64,000 bases of DNA from Nitrospira sp. GTDB taxonomy: Bacteria > Nitrospirota > Nitrospiria > Nitrospirales > Nitrospiraceae. Below the pieces are notes generated by a model. It was not told where the DNA came from. It did no database searches and saw only the letters and a program-made list of their open reading frames with translations. Position numbers and translations under genes: made by a program. Shown here in pieces: positions 30,547-40,464 of the stretch. The DNA lies in NCBI GenBank assembly GCA_016873515.1, contig VGXB01000003.1, forward strand, positions 248 to 64,247. The letters run 5' to 3'. Numbering within the stretch: position 1 is the first letter of the stretch; every line of letters starts with the position of its first letter.

Positions 30547-31923
30547 CTAGGGCTCCCCTTGGGGAGCCGTAAGCGGAGATTCTGGCTGTTTGGATGGTGT
30601 CGGCACGAGGATGCCCACGGTCCGATTGTCTTGAGTCAGATACTGCTTGGCCACGCGTTGAATATCCTTGGCGGTAATCGTCCGGGTGTGTTCCAAGAAC
30701 TGCTCCACTTGGCGCCATCCTGCACCGATGGATTCCGATTCTCCCAGCAGCATCGCGTGGCGAAAATTGGAGTCCCGCTCGAAGACGCGGGCGGCTTCCA
30801 CTTGATTCTTCGCCCGCTGGAGTTCTGTTTGAGAGGGCGGCTCATTCTGTAACCGCGTGATTTCACGCTGCAGCGCTTCTTCGACCGCTTCGACGTTCGC
30901 CTCAGGGCTAACCAGCGAGTAGAAATAGAACAGACCGGGATCGGCCTGCATCACGCTGTATTCCGCACCGACCGCCAGGGAATTCTTCTGCTCGTAGATC
31001 AAGCGTTGGTAGAGGCGGGAACTTTTCCCGCGCGACAGGATCATTTCCAGTAGATTGAGGGCATACGAATCATCGCTGGAATAATTGGGGACGCGAAACC
31101 CCATCATAACGAACGGGACTTGCGCGTCGCGCTTCAGGAGGAAGCGTCGCTCGCCCCGCTGTTTTGGTTCTGCCGGGGCTGCATGTTTGGGGGAAGGGCC
31201 TTTGGGAATCGGCTCGAAGAGATTCTTGATCGTCGGGAGTAACGCGTCCGCTTTGATGTCACCCACCACGATCAATGTGGCGTTGTTGGGAGAGTAATAG
31301 GTGTCATAGTGATACTGGAGGTCCTCCAGGCTCATTGCGTCGAGGTCCGTGAACCAGCCGATCACCGGCCAGTGATACGGATGGCTCAGAAACGCTTGGG
31401 CATACAAGGTTTCGACCAGCGCGCCCTGGGGGTCATCCTCGCTCCTCAGCCTCCGCTCCTCTTTGACGACCTCGCGTTCGGTCTGAAATTCGTTGCGGTC
31501 GAGCGCAAGACTCTGCATCCGATCCGCTTCCAGTTCGAGGGCCAGCTCCACCCGATCCGCCGCCAAGTTCTCGAAGTAGGCGGTGAAGTCTTGTCCGGTA
31601 AACGCGTTGTCGATCCCGCCGTTCTTTCGAATGAGCCGTGAGAACGTGCCCTTAGGATGCTTCGCCGTGCCTTTGAACATCATGTGTTCGAGCATGTGCG
31701 AGAGCCCAGCCCGACCCATCACTTCGTTTCTGGACCCGACCTTGTACCACACTTGTACGGTCGCCACCGGCGCCTTGGGGACTTCGACCAGCAACACTTT
31801 CAGGCTGTTCGACAATACGAACTCAACGGGCTCGATAGCGGCTGCGGAGCCGGTGTAGAGCAGAAACAGTAACGAAATCAGGAGGCATGTCGGTGAGAAA
31901 CGATGGATAGCTGGCCTCGTCAT
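30547..31923 (-). CDS. M16 zinc peptidase, catalytic subunit
   Basis: HMLEH (HxxEH), NAFT, VKEERR; signal peptide-like N-terminus. Confidence 0.92.
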   Translation of the reverse strand: MTRPAIHRFSPTCLLISLLFLLYTGSAAAIEPVEFVLSNSLKVLLVEVPKAPVATVQVWYKVGSRNEVMGRAGLSHMLEHMMFKGTAKHPKGTFSRLIRKNGGIDNAFTGQDFTAYFENLAADRVELALELEADRMQSLALDRNEFQTEREVVKEERRLRSEDDPQGALVETLYAQAFLSHPYHWPVIGWFTDLDAMSLEDLQYHYDTYYSPNNATLIVVGDIKADALLPTIKNLFEPIPKGPSPKHAAPAEPKQRGERRFLLKRDAQVPFVMMGFRVPNYSSDDSYALNLLEMILSRGKSSRLYQRLIYEQKNSLAVGAEYSVMQADPGLFYFYSLVSPEANVEAVEEALQREITRLQNEPPSQTELQRAKNQVEAARVFERDSNFRHAMLLGESESIGAGWRQVEQFLEHTRTITAKDIQRVAKQYLTQDNRTVGILVPTPSKQPESPLTAPQGEP

Positions 31924-31948
31924 GATGGACTGAAGTAACGAAGGCATG

Positions 31949-33046
31949 CTAGCAACGAGATTCGATAGGTGTCAAGATAATCGGGCCCGGGCTTGCCGGC
32001 GGGTTTCCCAGTTGTCCGCATGCTCCAAGCACGTCGCGTCCCCGGCTCTTGCGGACGAACGCATCGATGCCGGCCTGGCGAAGTGTGGCTTGGAATTGGA
32101 GGATCTTACGGTCTAGGGGGCGGTGAAAACGGCTTCCGGGAAATTCATTGAACGGGATCAGATTCACTTTGCACTGGATATTCCGTAGCAAGGCGACCAA
32201 CCGCTGGGCGTCGGCTGGAAGGTCATTAACCCCGGCTAAGAGAACGTATTCAAACGTTAGACGGCGATTCAACGCCAAAGGATATCGGCGGCAGGCAGCG
32301 AGCAACGTTTTCAGCGACGCGAGCTCGCTGGCGGCGGGCATCAGATCCTGGCGTTGTGCTTCCGTGGTGGCATTCAGCGAAATGGCCAGGTTGACGCCAA
32401 GCGCCGCGACGTGTTTCAGGCGTGACGCAAGGCCCGCCGTCGATACCGTGATGCGTCTCGGCGACCATCCGAGGCCCCAGGATTTGTTCGTGAAGCAGGC
32501 CACGGCTTCCTTAAGCGCATCCACATTGGCCAAGGGTTCTCCCATTCCCATGAAGACCAGGTTGGTGATGTGCTCGCCGTTCTCCAGCCGGTCTTGCGCT
32601 GCCAAGACTTGGTCGACGATTTCGTGGGATTTAAGGTTGCGTTTCAAGCCCATCGTGCCTGTGAGGCAAAATCCGCAGTCCAGCATACAGCCGACCTGGG
32701 TGGAGACACACAATGTCAGTCTCTCGTCATCCGGAATCAGCACGGCTTCGATCGTCATCCCGTCGTCGAGTGTCAACAGCAATTTGCGTGTGCCGTCCTG
32801 GGATTGGAGAGCTGTGCAACTGGTCGTGCGGCCGATCCTGGCGCACTTGGCGAGCGCCGTCCGGTCGTGCAGAGACAGGTCGGTCATGGCGGCAATGGTC
32901 TGCGCACGCCGTTGATAGAGCCACCGAAGAATCTGGGTGGCACGGTAGCTGGGCCACCCGTGCGCACGGACAAACGACGCCATCTCAGGCTCCGTGAGCG
33001 CCAGTAGGTTGATGGGGGCGTTCCGTGCCGATACGGTGGCAGCCAT
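31949..33046 (-). CDS. rlmN: Radical SAM RNA methyltransferase RlmN
   Basis: CVSTQVGCMLDCGFC, FMGMGEP, ISLNA, GACGQL. Confidence 0.95.
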   Translation of the reverse strand: MAATVSARNAPINLLALTEPEMASFVRAHGWPSYRATQILRWLYQRRAQTIAAMTDLSLHDRTALAKCARIGRTTSCTALQSQDGTRKLLLTLDDGMTIEAVLIPDDERLTLCVSTQVGCMLDCGFCLTGTMGLKRNLKSHEIVDQVLAAQDRLENGEHITNLVFMGMGEPLANVDALKEAVACFTNKSWGLGWSPRRITVSTAGLASRLKHVAALGVNLAISLNATTEAQRQDLMPAASELASLKTLLAACRRYPLALNRRLTFEYVLLAGVNDLPADAQRLVALLRNIQCKVNLIPFNEFPGSRFHRPLDRKILQFQATLRQAGIDAFVRKSRGRDVLGACGQLGNPPASPGPIILTPIESRC

Positions 33047-33154
33047 TAGCAGAGCCTAACATAAATACGATCCAAGCCAACATGGGTCTGATGGGAAGGC
33101 GAAACCGCGGTGAAACTTCTTTTCATGCTTGCCTAGGCTGTATAATGAACGGCT

Positions 33155-35479
33155 ATGAAGAATCTGAGTGACGGTTCCAATCCCGAGGTAGTCCCCGACC
33201 GCAGACTCGTGCTGGTTTCGCTGGTGGCGATTTTGAGTCTTGCCGAGTGGGTGTTTCCCTTGAGGGCGTCTTCGGCACAGGTGGCCGGGTCAGACGTGCA
33301 ACAGATGGAGACCTGTGGATCGCCGGAGGAATGCTTTACCGCCTCTGTTTGGCCGAAGGAACGGCTCGGTAATACGTTGACGAAAGATCAAGTTCTCGCT
33401 TTGAAGTTGGAACGGCTTCGCCGAGTACTAGAACAGTTCCCCGATTCAGTCTGGGCCAAACGGGCCGGCTTGTTGTCGGGTGTCATGCTTGTCGACAAGA
33501 ATCCGGCTTCCGCTCTTCCCTATCTTCGGAAAGCCCAGCAGGAATTCCCGATCCTGGACGATTATGTCCGGTTATGGATCGGAGAGGCCCAGCTTCGCCA
33601 GGGTGAGGCAAAAGAGGCGGCGCTGACATTCGAGGGCATTTCACAGTCAGTACCGGACTCCAATCTCCTCAGTCATGTGGCGCTTCGCGCCGGTGAGTCG
33701 TGGTATCAAGCCTCCAGTTGCCCTGAAGCCGTGGTGTGGCTGACCAAAGCTATGAGCCAGAATGACAAGGAGGCCGGGGTGTCTCAAGCCTGGCTGTGGC
33801 TGGCCAATTGCCAGTTCCGAAACGGGCAGCAGGCTGAGGCCAGAGAGACACTGAAGAAATTATGGGTCAAATTCCCACAGACCAAGGATGCAAAAGAGGC
33901 GGAAGCGCTGCTGGAGACCGGCATCGGCGGGGAAGCCTGGACTCCGCAGCCGGATGACCTTTTTGCCAGGGCACAAGTGTTTCTTGAACAGGCGTTGCAT
34001 GTGGAGGCAATTGACGAGCTGACACGGTTTCTCGCGCGCAAGCCGGTTTCCGCTCGGCGTGGAGAGGCAAAACTCAAGCGTGGCATTGCTCAGGTTCGAT
34101 TGAAGCTGTATGACCAAGCGCGCGAGAGCTTTCATGAGCTGGCCAAAGAGCAGACGGCCCATTCCAATGAAGCTGTCGTCTGGCTGGCGCGAGTCTATCT
34201 GCGGCAAGGACTCGGGGAGAAATTACTAGAACTGAGCCGAGCGGCGGTCAAGCGGGCGCTGTCCCCTGAGCAGACGGGCCAGATCAATTTGCTTGCCGGG
34301 GTTTGGTTGGAAGATCAGGCGCAGCTCGACGAAGCCGTCGCGAAGTATCGGCAGGTCGCGAGATTCGGGGAACCGGCGTCCCAGAGGGCTGAAGCGCAAT
34401 GGCGGGAAGGCTGGTTGCTCTATCAAACGGGCCGATACCCTGGAGCCATCGAGGTATGGCAGCAGATCGTCGACCAGCGAGATGGCGAGTTCGAGCCGCA
34501 GGCCCTCTATTGGATCGCCAGGTCCCATGACCGTAACGGAAAGACTAAATCGCGGGATCTCTTCCAGACGCTGTGCAAGCGCTATCCCTATACCTATTAT
34601 TGTCAGCTGGCGCAGGGGCAAATGGATCCCTCGATTGTCGCTCCGTCGGATACCGTCAAGACATTGGAACAATCTGTTGCGGTGACGGTTGTCCCTCCAT
34701 GGTCTGTGGGTACGGTTTCTGAACCGGTGCGCCAAGACGATAGTCGAAGGGAGATCGAGCAACAGCCGGCCTATCAGCGGGCAGTTGAACTCAGAACCCT
34801 CGGTCTTGAGCAGGATGCGGCACGAGAACTCACCGCACTGACGGACCGCTATGGTCACGATCCTAACGTGCTGACCACGTTAGCCATGCTAATGAATGAA
34901 GTCGGGGCCTACCATCACGCGCTCAGGCTTGTGCGGGCCCGATTTCGCGACCGACTGGAACGGACCGGCGGGACCGTTGCGGATGGCTTGTGGAACGTGG
35001 CCTATCCAACAGGACTGCTTCGAACGATCAAGACGCAAGGCGTCGAGGGAGTCGATCCGTTTCTTGTTGCGGCGATCATCCGGGAAGAAAGCCAATACGA
35101 CCGGCGCGCGGTGTCTCGTGTCGGAGCCATCGGCCTGATGCAAATTATGCCGGCGACCGCCAATGCGGTCACCCAACGCCATCGCCTTCCAGGCGTGGTG
35201 CGGGATGATTTGTTTGATCAGGACATCAACATCCAGATCGGGGTACGGTATGTCCAGCAGTTGCTCGCGCAGTTTTCCGGCAATATAGTGCAGACCATTG
35301 CTGCGTACAATGCTGGGCCGATCGCCGTCAAGAGTTGGGCGACGGTGTATCGTGGACGGAGCGAAGACGAATTCGTCGAGCTGATCCCGTACCAAGAGAC
35401 CAGGCAATACGTGAAACGGGTGCTCCGCAGTTACAGGGAGTATGTGCGGCTCGCTGGCGTCGCGAAGCCGGTTTCTTGA
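33155..35479 (+). CDS. TPR-containing soluble lytic transglycosylase (Slt70-like)
   Basis: TPR helices, IIREES (catalytic Glu), GLMQIMPATA, AAYNAG, ETRQYV. Confidence 0.9.
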   Translation: MKNLSDGSNPEVVPDRRLVLVSLVAILSLAEWVFPLRASSAQVAGSDVQQMETCGSPEECFTASVWPKERLGNTLTKDQVLALKLERLRRVLEQFPDSVWAKRAGLLSGVMLVDKNPASALPYLRKAQQEFPILDDYVRLWIGEAQLRQGEAKEAALTFEGISQSVPDSNLLSHVALRAGESWYQASSCPEAVVWLTKAMSQNDKEAGVSQAWLWLANCQFRNGQQAEARETLKKLWVKFPQTKDAKEAEALLETGIGGEAWTPQPDDLFARAQVFLEQALHVEAIDELTRFLARKPVSARRGEAKLKRGIAQVRLKLYDQARESFHELAKEQTAHSNEAVVWLARVYLRQGLGEKLLELSRAAVKRALSPEQTGQINLLAGVWLEDQAQLDEAVAKYRQVARFGEPASQRAEAQWREGWLLYQTGRYPGAIEVWQQIVDQRDGEFEPQALYWIARSHDRNGKTKSRDLFQTLCKRYPYTYYCQLAQGQMDPSIVAPSDTVKTLEQSVAVTVVPPWSVGTVSEPVRQDDSRREIEQQPAYQRAVELRTLGLEQDAARELTALTDRYGHDPNVLTTLAMLMNEVGAYHHALRLVRARFRDRLERTGGTVADGLWNVAYPTGLLRTIKTQGVEGVDPFLVAAIIREESQYDRRAVSRVGAIGLMQIMPATANAVTQRHRLPGVVRDDLFDQDINIQIGVRYVQQLLAQFSGNIVQTIAAYNAGPIAVKSWATVYRGRSEDEFVELIPYQETRQYVKRVLRSYREYVRLAGVAKPVS

Positions 35480-35505
35480 CAAGGTTTTGCGAAGTTTTCT
35501 ATAGT
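35476..35505 (+). promoter_or_regulatory. Sigma70 promoter for zapB-zapA
   Basis: TTGACA-18 nt-TATAGT. Confidence 0.6.
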
Positions 35506-35546
35506 GCCTCCAACCGGATTCGCTTGTGAACGAAAGCGGGATCGTC

Positions 35547-35801
35547 ATGGCGTTGGACCGTCTGGATGTGTTGGAGGCTCGGATCAAGGATTTGGTGAAG
35601 TTAATCCAGGAATTGAAACGGAAAAATGCGTCGTTGGAAGATGAAGTGAAGGTGGCTCGTCAGCAGATTGTATCTCAAGATCACGTGAACCGGCGATGGG
35701 AGAAAGAACGCCTCGATATTAAATCGCGAATCGAGCGGGTCATGAGCGAGATCGAATTGTTGGAATGCGCCAACGACTCCAAGGAGGTGGCTCTTGGCTA
35801 A
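35547..35801 (+). CDS. zapB: ZapB-like coiled-coil cell division protein
   Basis: MALDRLDVLEARIKDL coiled coil directly upstream of zapA. Confidence 0.75.
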   Translation: MALDRLDVLEARIKDLVKLIQELKRKNASLEDEVKVARQQIVSQDHVNRRWEKERLDIKSRIERVMSEIELLECANDSKEVALG

Positions 35802-36090
35802 AACCATCGATGTCGAAATCTATGGTCAGCGGTACGCGATTCATGGAGATGCCGACGATGCCTACATCCGGCGGCTGGCTCACTTCGTCGACGATCACAT
35901 GAGACATCTGGCGGAAGGGATGAAGACATCGACCCCGTCAAAATTGGCGGTGCTCACGGCCATCAATCTGGCGCATCAACTCTTTGAGTCCGAAAAGAAG
36001 CGGGCACAAGGAGAGGCGGATGTTGAGCGGCGCATGGCCGTGCTTATGGATTCCATTGACGAGCAGATGCCGACGTCCCTCTTTCGCTGA
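35794..36090 (+). CDS. zapA: Cell division protein ZapA
   Basis: VEIYGQRY, LAVLTAINLA; SD GGAGG before TTG. Confidence 0.92.
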   Translation: MAKTIDVEIYGQRYAIHGDADDAYIRRLAHFVDDHMRHLAEGMKTSTPSKLAVLTAINLAHQLFESEKKRAQGEADVERRMAVLMDSIDEQMPTSLFR

Positions 36091-36133
36091 TGCTTTTCGG
36101 TTGATGCCTCCGCTCCACGGAGCAAGTTTAACC

Positions 36134-36162
36134 TTGCTTTCAAAGAAGCCCTTTGTTATCGT
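36134..36162 (+). promoter_or_regulatory. Promoter candidate upstream of the structured RNA and rny
   Basis: TTGCTT-17 nt-TATCGT. Confidence 0.4.
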
Positions 36163-36242
36163 GACCGCAGTGGGTGAATTGCGTAAGCGGATTTGTGGAT
36201 AAGTCGGCATAGAGGAGTCTGGACGTAGGATCGTTAACGAAA

Positions 36243-36546
36243 CTGGAAATCAGCGCTGTGAGAACGAGAGCCAATCTGTGGACGCGGATGTATGAGACGG
36301 CAACCTGGCGGGTGGTGGTCGGAACAGTTATTCCCATGCGGCGACTTTGGATGCGTATATGGGAAGGTGCATTGAGATGGCCAGGTGGTGAGAACGAATT
36401 GAAGTATGCCATTTCTGTCTTCGGCATAGACTCTTCGAGAGAGGGTGGCCCTATCGCGAGACGAGCCGTCCGATCACAGAGGAGATATGTGGGGCGGAAT
36501 CTCACTGGTGTCGTACAGCAAGCCAGATGGTCTCGTTTATTTCCGG
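36243..36546 (+). ncRNA. Structured RNA candidate at the 6S (ssrS) position
   Basis: Nested complementary segments found by eye (see findings); the zapA-rny interval is a common 6S locus. Ends uncertain. Confidence 0.45.
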
Positions 36547-36664
36547 ACTGACCAGTCAGTGATGGTCTGAGCTGCTCTCCTTCGTGCCCTTTCCTCGAGT
36601 CGCCTGTAAACTGTTCAGGATACATGCACAAATCAGGCTAGCGCCTGGTCATGCTGGCAAGGGG

Positions 36665-38242
36665 GTGACTCCCATTTCAACCTCAATCGTGTTGTACATC
36701 GTATGCGGACTCGTCGGGGCCCTCCTCGGTGCCGGGGTGTTCGAGATGGTGCGTCGGAACATGACCGCCTCGAAACAGGCCGAGCGTGAAGGGCAGGCCA
36801 AGCAGATTGTTCAGAACGCGCAACGTGAAGCTGAGAATCTGCTGAAAGAGGCCAAGCTGGAAGTCAAGGACCTGGTATTTCAGGCCAAATCCGAGCTTGA
36901 AAGGGAGCAGAAGGCCAAGTTTGTCGAGTTCTCGGCGTCAGAGAAACGGCTGGTCCAGCAAGAGGAAGACCTCAACCGGAAACTCGCTGCGGTAGACAAA
37001 CGGGACAGTGAATTACAGAAACGCGATCAGGATTTCATGCGACGAGAAGAGGGCCTGGTCGCGAAACAAGCTGCCTGCGCCAAGGTTGAACGTGAACATC
37101 GTGAGGCACTGGAGCGTGTTGCGGGGATAACGGCGGACGAGGCGAAGAAACACTTGATCGCCGAAATGGAATCGCAAGCCCGGCTTGATGCCGCCGGCAT
37201 CGCCAAACGGACCATCGAAGGGGCGCGTGAGAACGCCGAGCGGGAGGCCCGTGAGATTATCACCAGTTCCATCCAGCGGGTGGTGCGTGACTACGTGTCG
37301 GAATCGACGATCTCGGTTGTCCAAATTCCAAACGACGCGATGAAGGGCCGGATCATCGGGCGGGAAGGGCGGAACATTCGCGCGATCGAGGCAGCCACGG
37401 GGATCGATCTCATTATCGACGAAACACCCGAAGCGGTGATCATCTCGGGGTTCGATCCCTTGCGACGTGAGATCGCCAAGGTGTCACTCGAGCGATTGAT
37501 GCACGATGGGCGGATCCATCCGACGCGCATCGAAGAGATCGTCGAAAAGGTGAAAGTCGATATCGACAAGCTGATGTACGAGGAGGCGGAGAAGATCATC
37601 TTCGAACTCGAGCTATCCGATTTCAATCCCGAACTGATTAAGGTATTGGGACGGCTCAAGTATCGGACGAGCTACGGACAGAACAATCTCTATCATGCGC
37701 GGGAAGCCGCTTATATTTGCGGCATCATGGCGTCGGAACTGGGTTTGGACGTGAGGTTGGCGCGGCGGGGTGCCTTGCTCCACGACATTGGCAAAGCGGT
37801 CAGTCACGAAGAAGAAGGGCCGCATGCCATGCTGGGCGCCGAACTTGCCAAGAAATATGGAGAATCTCCTAAGATTGTCAACGCGATCGCCGCGCATCAT
37901 GAGCAGGTTGAGCCGATCTGCCCCGAGAGCGTGTTGGTAGCGGCGGCGGAGGCGCTGTCGGCGGCTCGGCCTGGTGCCAGACGCGAGGCACTCGAATCCT
38001 ACGTGAAACGGTTGGAAAAACTCGAATCGCTGGCCACGGGACAGAAGGGCGTGCAAAAAGCCTATGCGATTCAGGCGGGACGAGAGATCCGCGTGATCGT
38101 ACGCCAGGAAGACATCACCGATGCCGAGTCGTTTCAGTTGTCGCGTGAGCTGGCGAAAAAGATCGAGCAGGAATTGACGTATCCCGGCCAGATCAAGGTG
38201 ACTGTCATTCGGGAGAGTCGATACGTGGAATATGCCCGATGA
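36665..38242 (+). CDS. rny: Ribonuclease Y
   Basis: TM anchor, coiled coil, KH (GRIIGREGRNIR), HD (LLHDIGK); GTG 36665 chosen as start. Confidence 0.96.
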   Translation: MTPISTSIVLYIVCGLVGALLGAGVFEMVRRNMTASKQAEREGQAKQIVQNAQREAENLLKEAKLEVKDLVFQAKSELEREQKAKFVEFSASEKRLVQQEEDLNRKLAAVDKRDSELQKRDQDFMRREEGLVAKQAACAKVEREHREALERVAGITADEAKKHLIAEMESQARLDAAGIAKRTIEGARENAEREAREIITSSIQRVVRDYVSESTISVVQIPNDAMKGRIIGREGRNIRAIEAATGIDLIIDETPEAVIISGFDPLRREIAKVSLERLMHDGRIHPTRIEEIVEKVKVDIDKLMYEEAEKIIFELELSDFNPELIKVLGRLKYRTSYGQNNLYHAREAAYICGIMASELGLDVRLARRGALLHDIGKAVSHEEEGPHAMLGAELAKKYGESPKIVNAIAAHHEQVEPICPESVLVAAAEALSAARPGARREALESYVKRLEKLESLATGQKGVQKAYAIQAGREIRVIVRQEDITDAESFQLSRELAKKIEQELTYPGQIKVTVIRESRYVEYAR

Positions 38243-39018
38243 AGGTCTTGTGCATCGGCGACATCATGGGCGAGCCGGGCCGGCGGGCCGTAGCCCGCGC
38301 GATGCCTCGCCTGGTGGCGCAGCGGCACGTCGATGTCGTGATCGGAAACGGTGAGAATGCCGCGGGCGGTTTCGGTATTACGCCAGAGCTGGCGGAAGAG
38401 TTGTTCGAACTCGGCCTCTCGGTCATCACTACGGGCAATCATGCCTGGGACAAGAAGGAAGCGCTGGAATATTTCCCGCGCGAATCGCGTTTGCTGCGTC
38501 CCGCCAACTATCCGCCGGGTGTGCCGGGCAAGGGGAGTGTGGTCGTGGAAACCGCCGGTGGAGAAAAATTGGCGGTGCTTCAGCTGATGGGACGGGCCTA
38601 TATGCCGACGATCGATTGTCCGTTTCGAACGGCCAAACGGGAAGTGTCGAGGCTAAAGCAGGAAACATTGGCGGTCCTTGTCGATATGCATGCCGAGGCC
38701 ACATCGGAAAAGATGGCTATGGGACACTATTTGGACGGAGACGTGACGGCGGTGGTCGGGACTCATACGCACGTGCAAACCGCCGATGAGCAAATTCTGC
38801 CGAAGGGCACGGCCTATATCACCGATATCGGCATGACCGGGCCGTTGCACTCGGTGATCGGTGTGAAAAAAGAGCTTGCGATCGAGAAGTTCCTAACCGG
38901 CATGCCCAAACGATTTGAGGTGGCGTCTGGCCCTTCGGTATTCTGTGCGGTGCTGCTCGAGTTGGATGCTCGGCTGGGGAAAGCCGTCGCGTTTGAGCGA
39001 ATACGACTCATTGACTAA
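38239..39018 (+). CDS. ymdB: YmdB/TIGR00282 metallophosphoesterase
   Basis: IGDIMG, NGEN, TGNH, DMHAEATSEK, GTHTHVQT, DIGMTG. Confidence 0.93.
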   Translation: MKVLCIGDIMGEPGRRAVARAMPRLVAQRHVDVVIGNGENAAGGFGITPELAEELFELGLSVITTGNHAWDKKEALEYFPRESRLLRPANYPPGVPGKGSVVVETAGGEKLAVLQLMGRAYMPTIDCPFRTAKREVSRLKQETLAVLVDMHAEATSEKMAMGHYLDGDVTAVVGTHTHVQTADEQILPKGTAYITDIGMTGPLHSVIGVKKELAIEKFLTGMPKRFEVASGPSVFCAVLLELDARLGKAVAFERIRLID

Positions 39019-39030
39019 AGGAGACTGTCC

Positions 39031-40410
39031 ACGAGCCGCGTCCCATCCACCCCGCTGTTTTCCGACTCTCCATCGAGACAGGTCTTCACCGTCTCCCAAC
39101 TGACCGGATTGGTTCGAGCCTCCCTGGAACGCGATTTTGCCGAGGTGTGGCTCGAAGGGGAAATCTCCAATCTGCGCGCGCCGGGATCCGGGCATCTCTA
39201 CTGTACACTTAAGGACGATTCCAGTCAGATTAGGGCCGTGATCTTCCGGCCGACCGCACTACGGTTGCGATTCGGTTTGGAGGACGGTCTCCACGTCATC
39301 GTGCGGGGGCGTGTGACGGTCTATGAGCCGCGCGGAGAGTACCAGATTATTCTTGAGTACCTGGAACCCCAAGGGCGCGGCGCACAACAACTGGCGCTCG
39401 AACAACTCAAGAATCGCCTGGCTGCCGAGGGTCTCTTTGATCAGGGTCGAAAGAAACCGTTGCCGGCTTTTCCTCGAACCGTCGGGATTGTGACCTCGCT
39501 GTCGGGGGCGGCGGTTCGAGACATGATGACCGTGCTGCATCGCCGCTGTCCCATTCTCCGCCTCATCCTGGCACCGGTGTTGGTCCAGGGTGAAGGTTCG
39601 GTGGAACAGATTGTCGCAGCCGTTCGATCGTTGACGGCGATGGGCCATGTCGATGTGATCATTGTTGGGCGTGGCGGAGGGTCTTCGGAAGATCTCTGGA
39701 GCTTCAATGACGAAAAGGTCGTGCGTGCGATTGCTGAATCACCTGTTCCCATCGTCTCTGCTGTGGGACATGAAACGGACATCACCATGGCAGATTTTGC
39801 CGCTGATTTACGGGCGCCGACACCGTCGGCCGCCGCCGAGGCAGTGGCTCCGGTATTGAGCGAGGTGCTGGATCGTCTGGGGGAGTTGACCATGCGCAGC
39901 CGGCGCGCGATCCGCCGACACTGTGAAGGCACGCGTAGCCAGCTCGACCTTCTGGTCAGCTATCTGGCGAATGTCCGTTTTCTGGTGTTGGAGGACATGC
40001 AGCAGATGGACGGAGTGGTGATTCGGATGTGTCAGGCCATGCAGGAGTTGCTGAAACAGGGATGGGATCAGCTCCATGCTTTCCAGCACGTATTGATCGG
40101 CAGAAGTCCCGCCGCGCAGGTGCGACACGGGACCACCTTGGTGCCTCAGCTTCTTTCGCGCCTGCAGCAGATGATGAGATTCGGGATGGACCGGCGAACA
40201 CAGGAGGCACATGCCTGTTTGGCGCGACTGCATACACTGAGCCCGCTGGCCATTCTCGACCGGGGATACAGCATCGTGGAGACGGTGCCGGCTCGTCGAA
40301 TCGTTCGAGCCGCCAGTCAGGTTTTGGTCGGTCAGGAAGTCGTGGCCCGGCTCGCCAGGGGACAGCTGCGCTGCACGGTCAATGAAACAGTGCCAGAGGG
40401 ATCAGTTTAA
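39031..40410 (+). CDS. xseA: Exodeoxyribonuclease VII large subunit (start apparently ACG; first canonical start TTG 39109)
   Basis: WLEGEISN, GHLYCTLKD, GRGGGS.EDLW.FN, SAVGHETD, TPSAAAE. Confidence 0.92.
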   Translation, partial: TSRVPSTPLFSDSPSRQVFTVSQLTGLVRASLERDFAEVWLEGEISNLRAPGSGHLYCTLKDDSSQIRAVIFRPTALRLRFGLEDGLHVIVRGRVTVYEPRGEYQIILEYLEPQGRGAQQLALEQLKNRLAAEGLFDQGRKKPLPAFPRTVGIVTSLSGAAVRDMMTVLHRRCPILRLILAPVLVQGEGSVEQIVAAVRSLTAMGHVDVIIVGRGGGSSEDLWSFNDEKVVRAIAESPVPIVSAVGHETDITMADFAADLRAPTPSAAAEAVAPVLSEVLDRLGELTMRSRRAIRRHCEGTRSQLDLLVSYLANVRFLVLEDMQQMDGVVIRMCQAMQELLKQGWDQLHAFQHVLIGRSPAAQVRHGTTLVPQLLSRLQQMMRFGMDRRTQEAHACLARLHTLSPLAILDRGYSIVETVPARRIVRAASQVLVGQEVVARLARGQLRCTVNETVPEGSV

Positions 40411-40464
40411 ACGGAAGCCATGTCCGGCTATAATAGCCCACTGCTTGTTGGAAAGGAGACGACC

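Noticed and set aside
36258-36551. 97-aa ORF in the zapA-rny gap
   Set aside because: No recognisable motif or SD; coincides with the base-paired region, so an RNA explanation is simpler.
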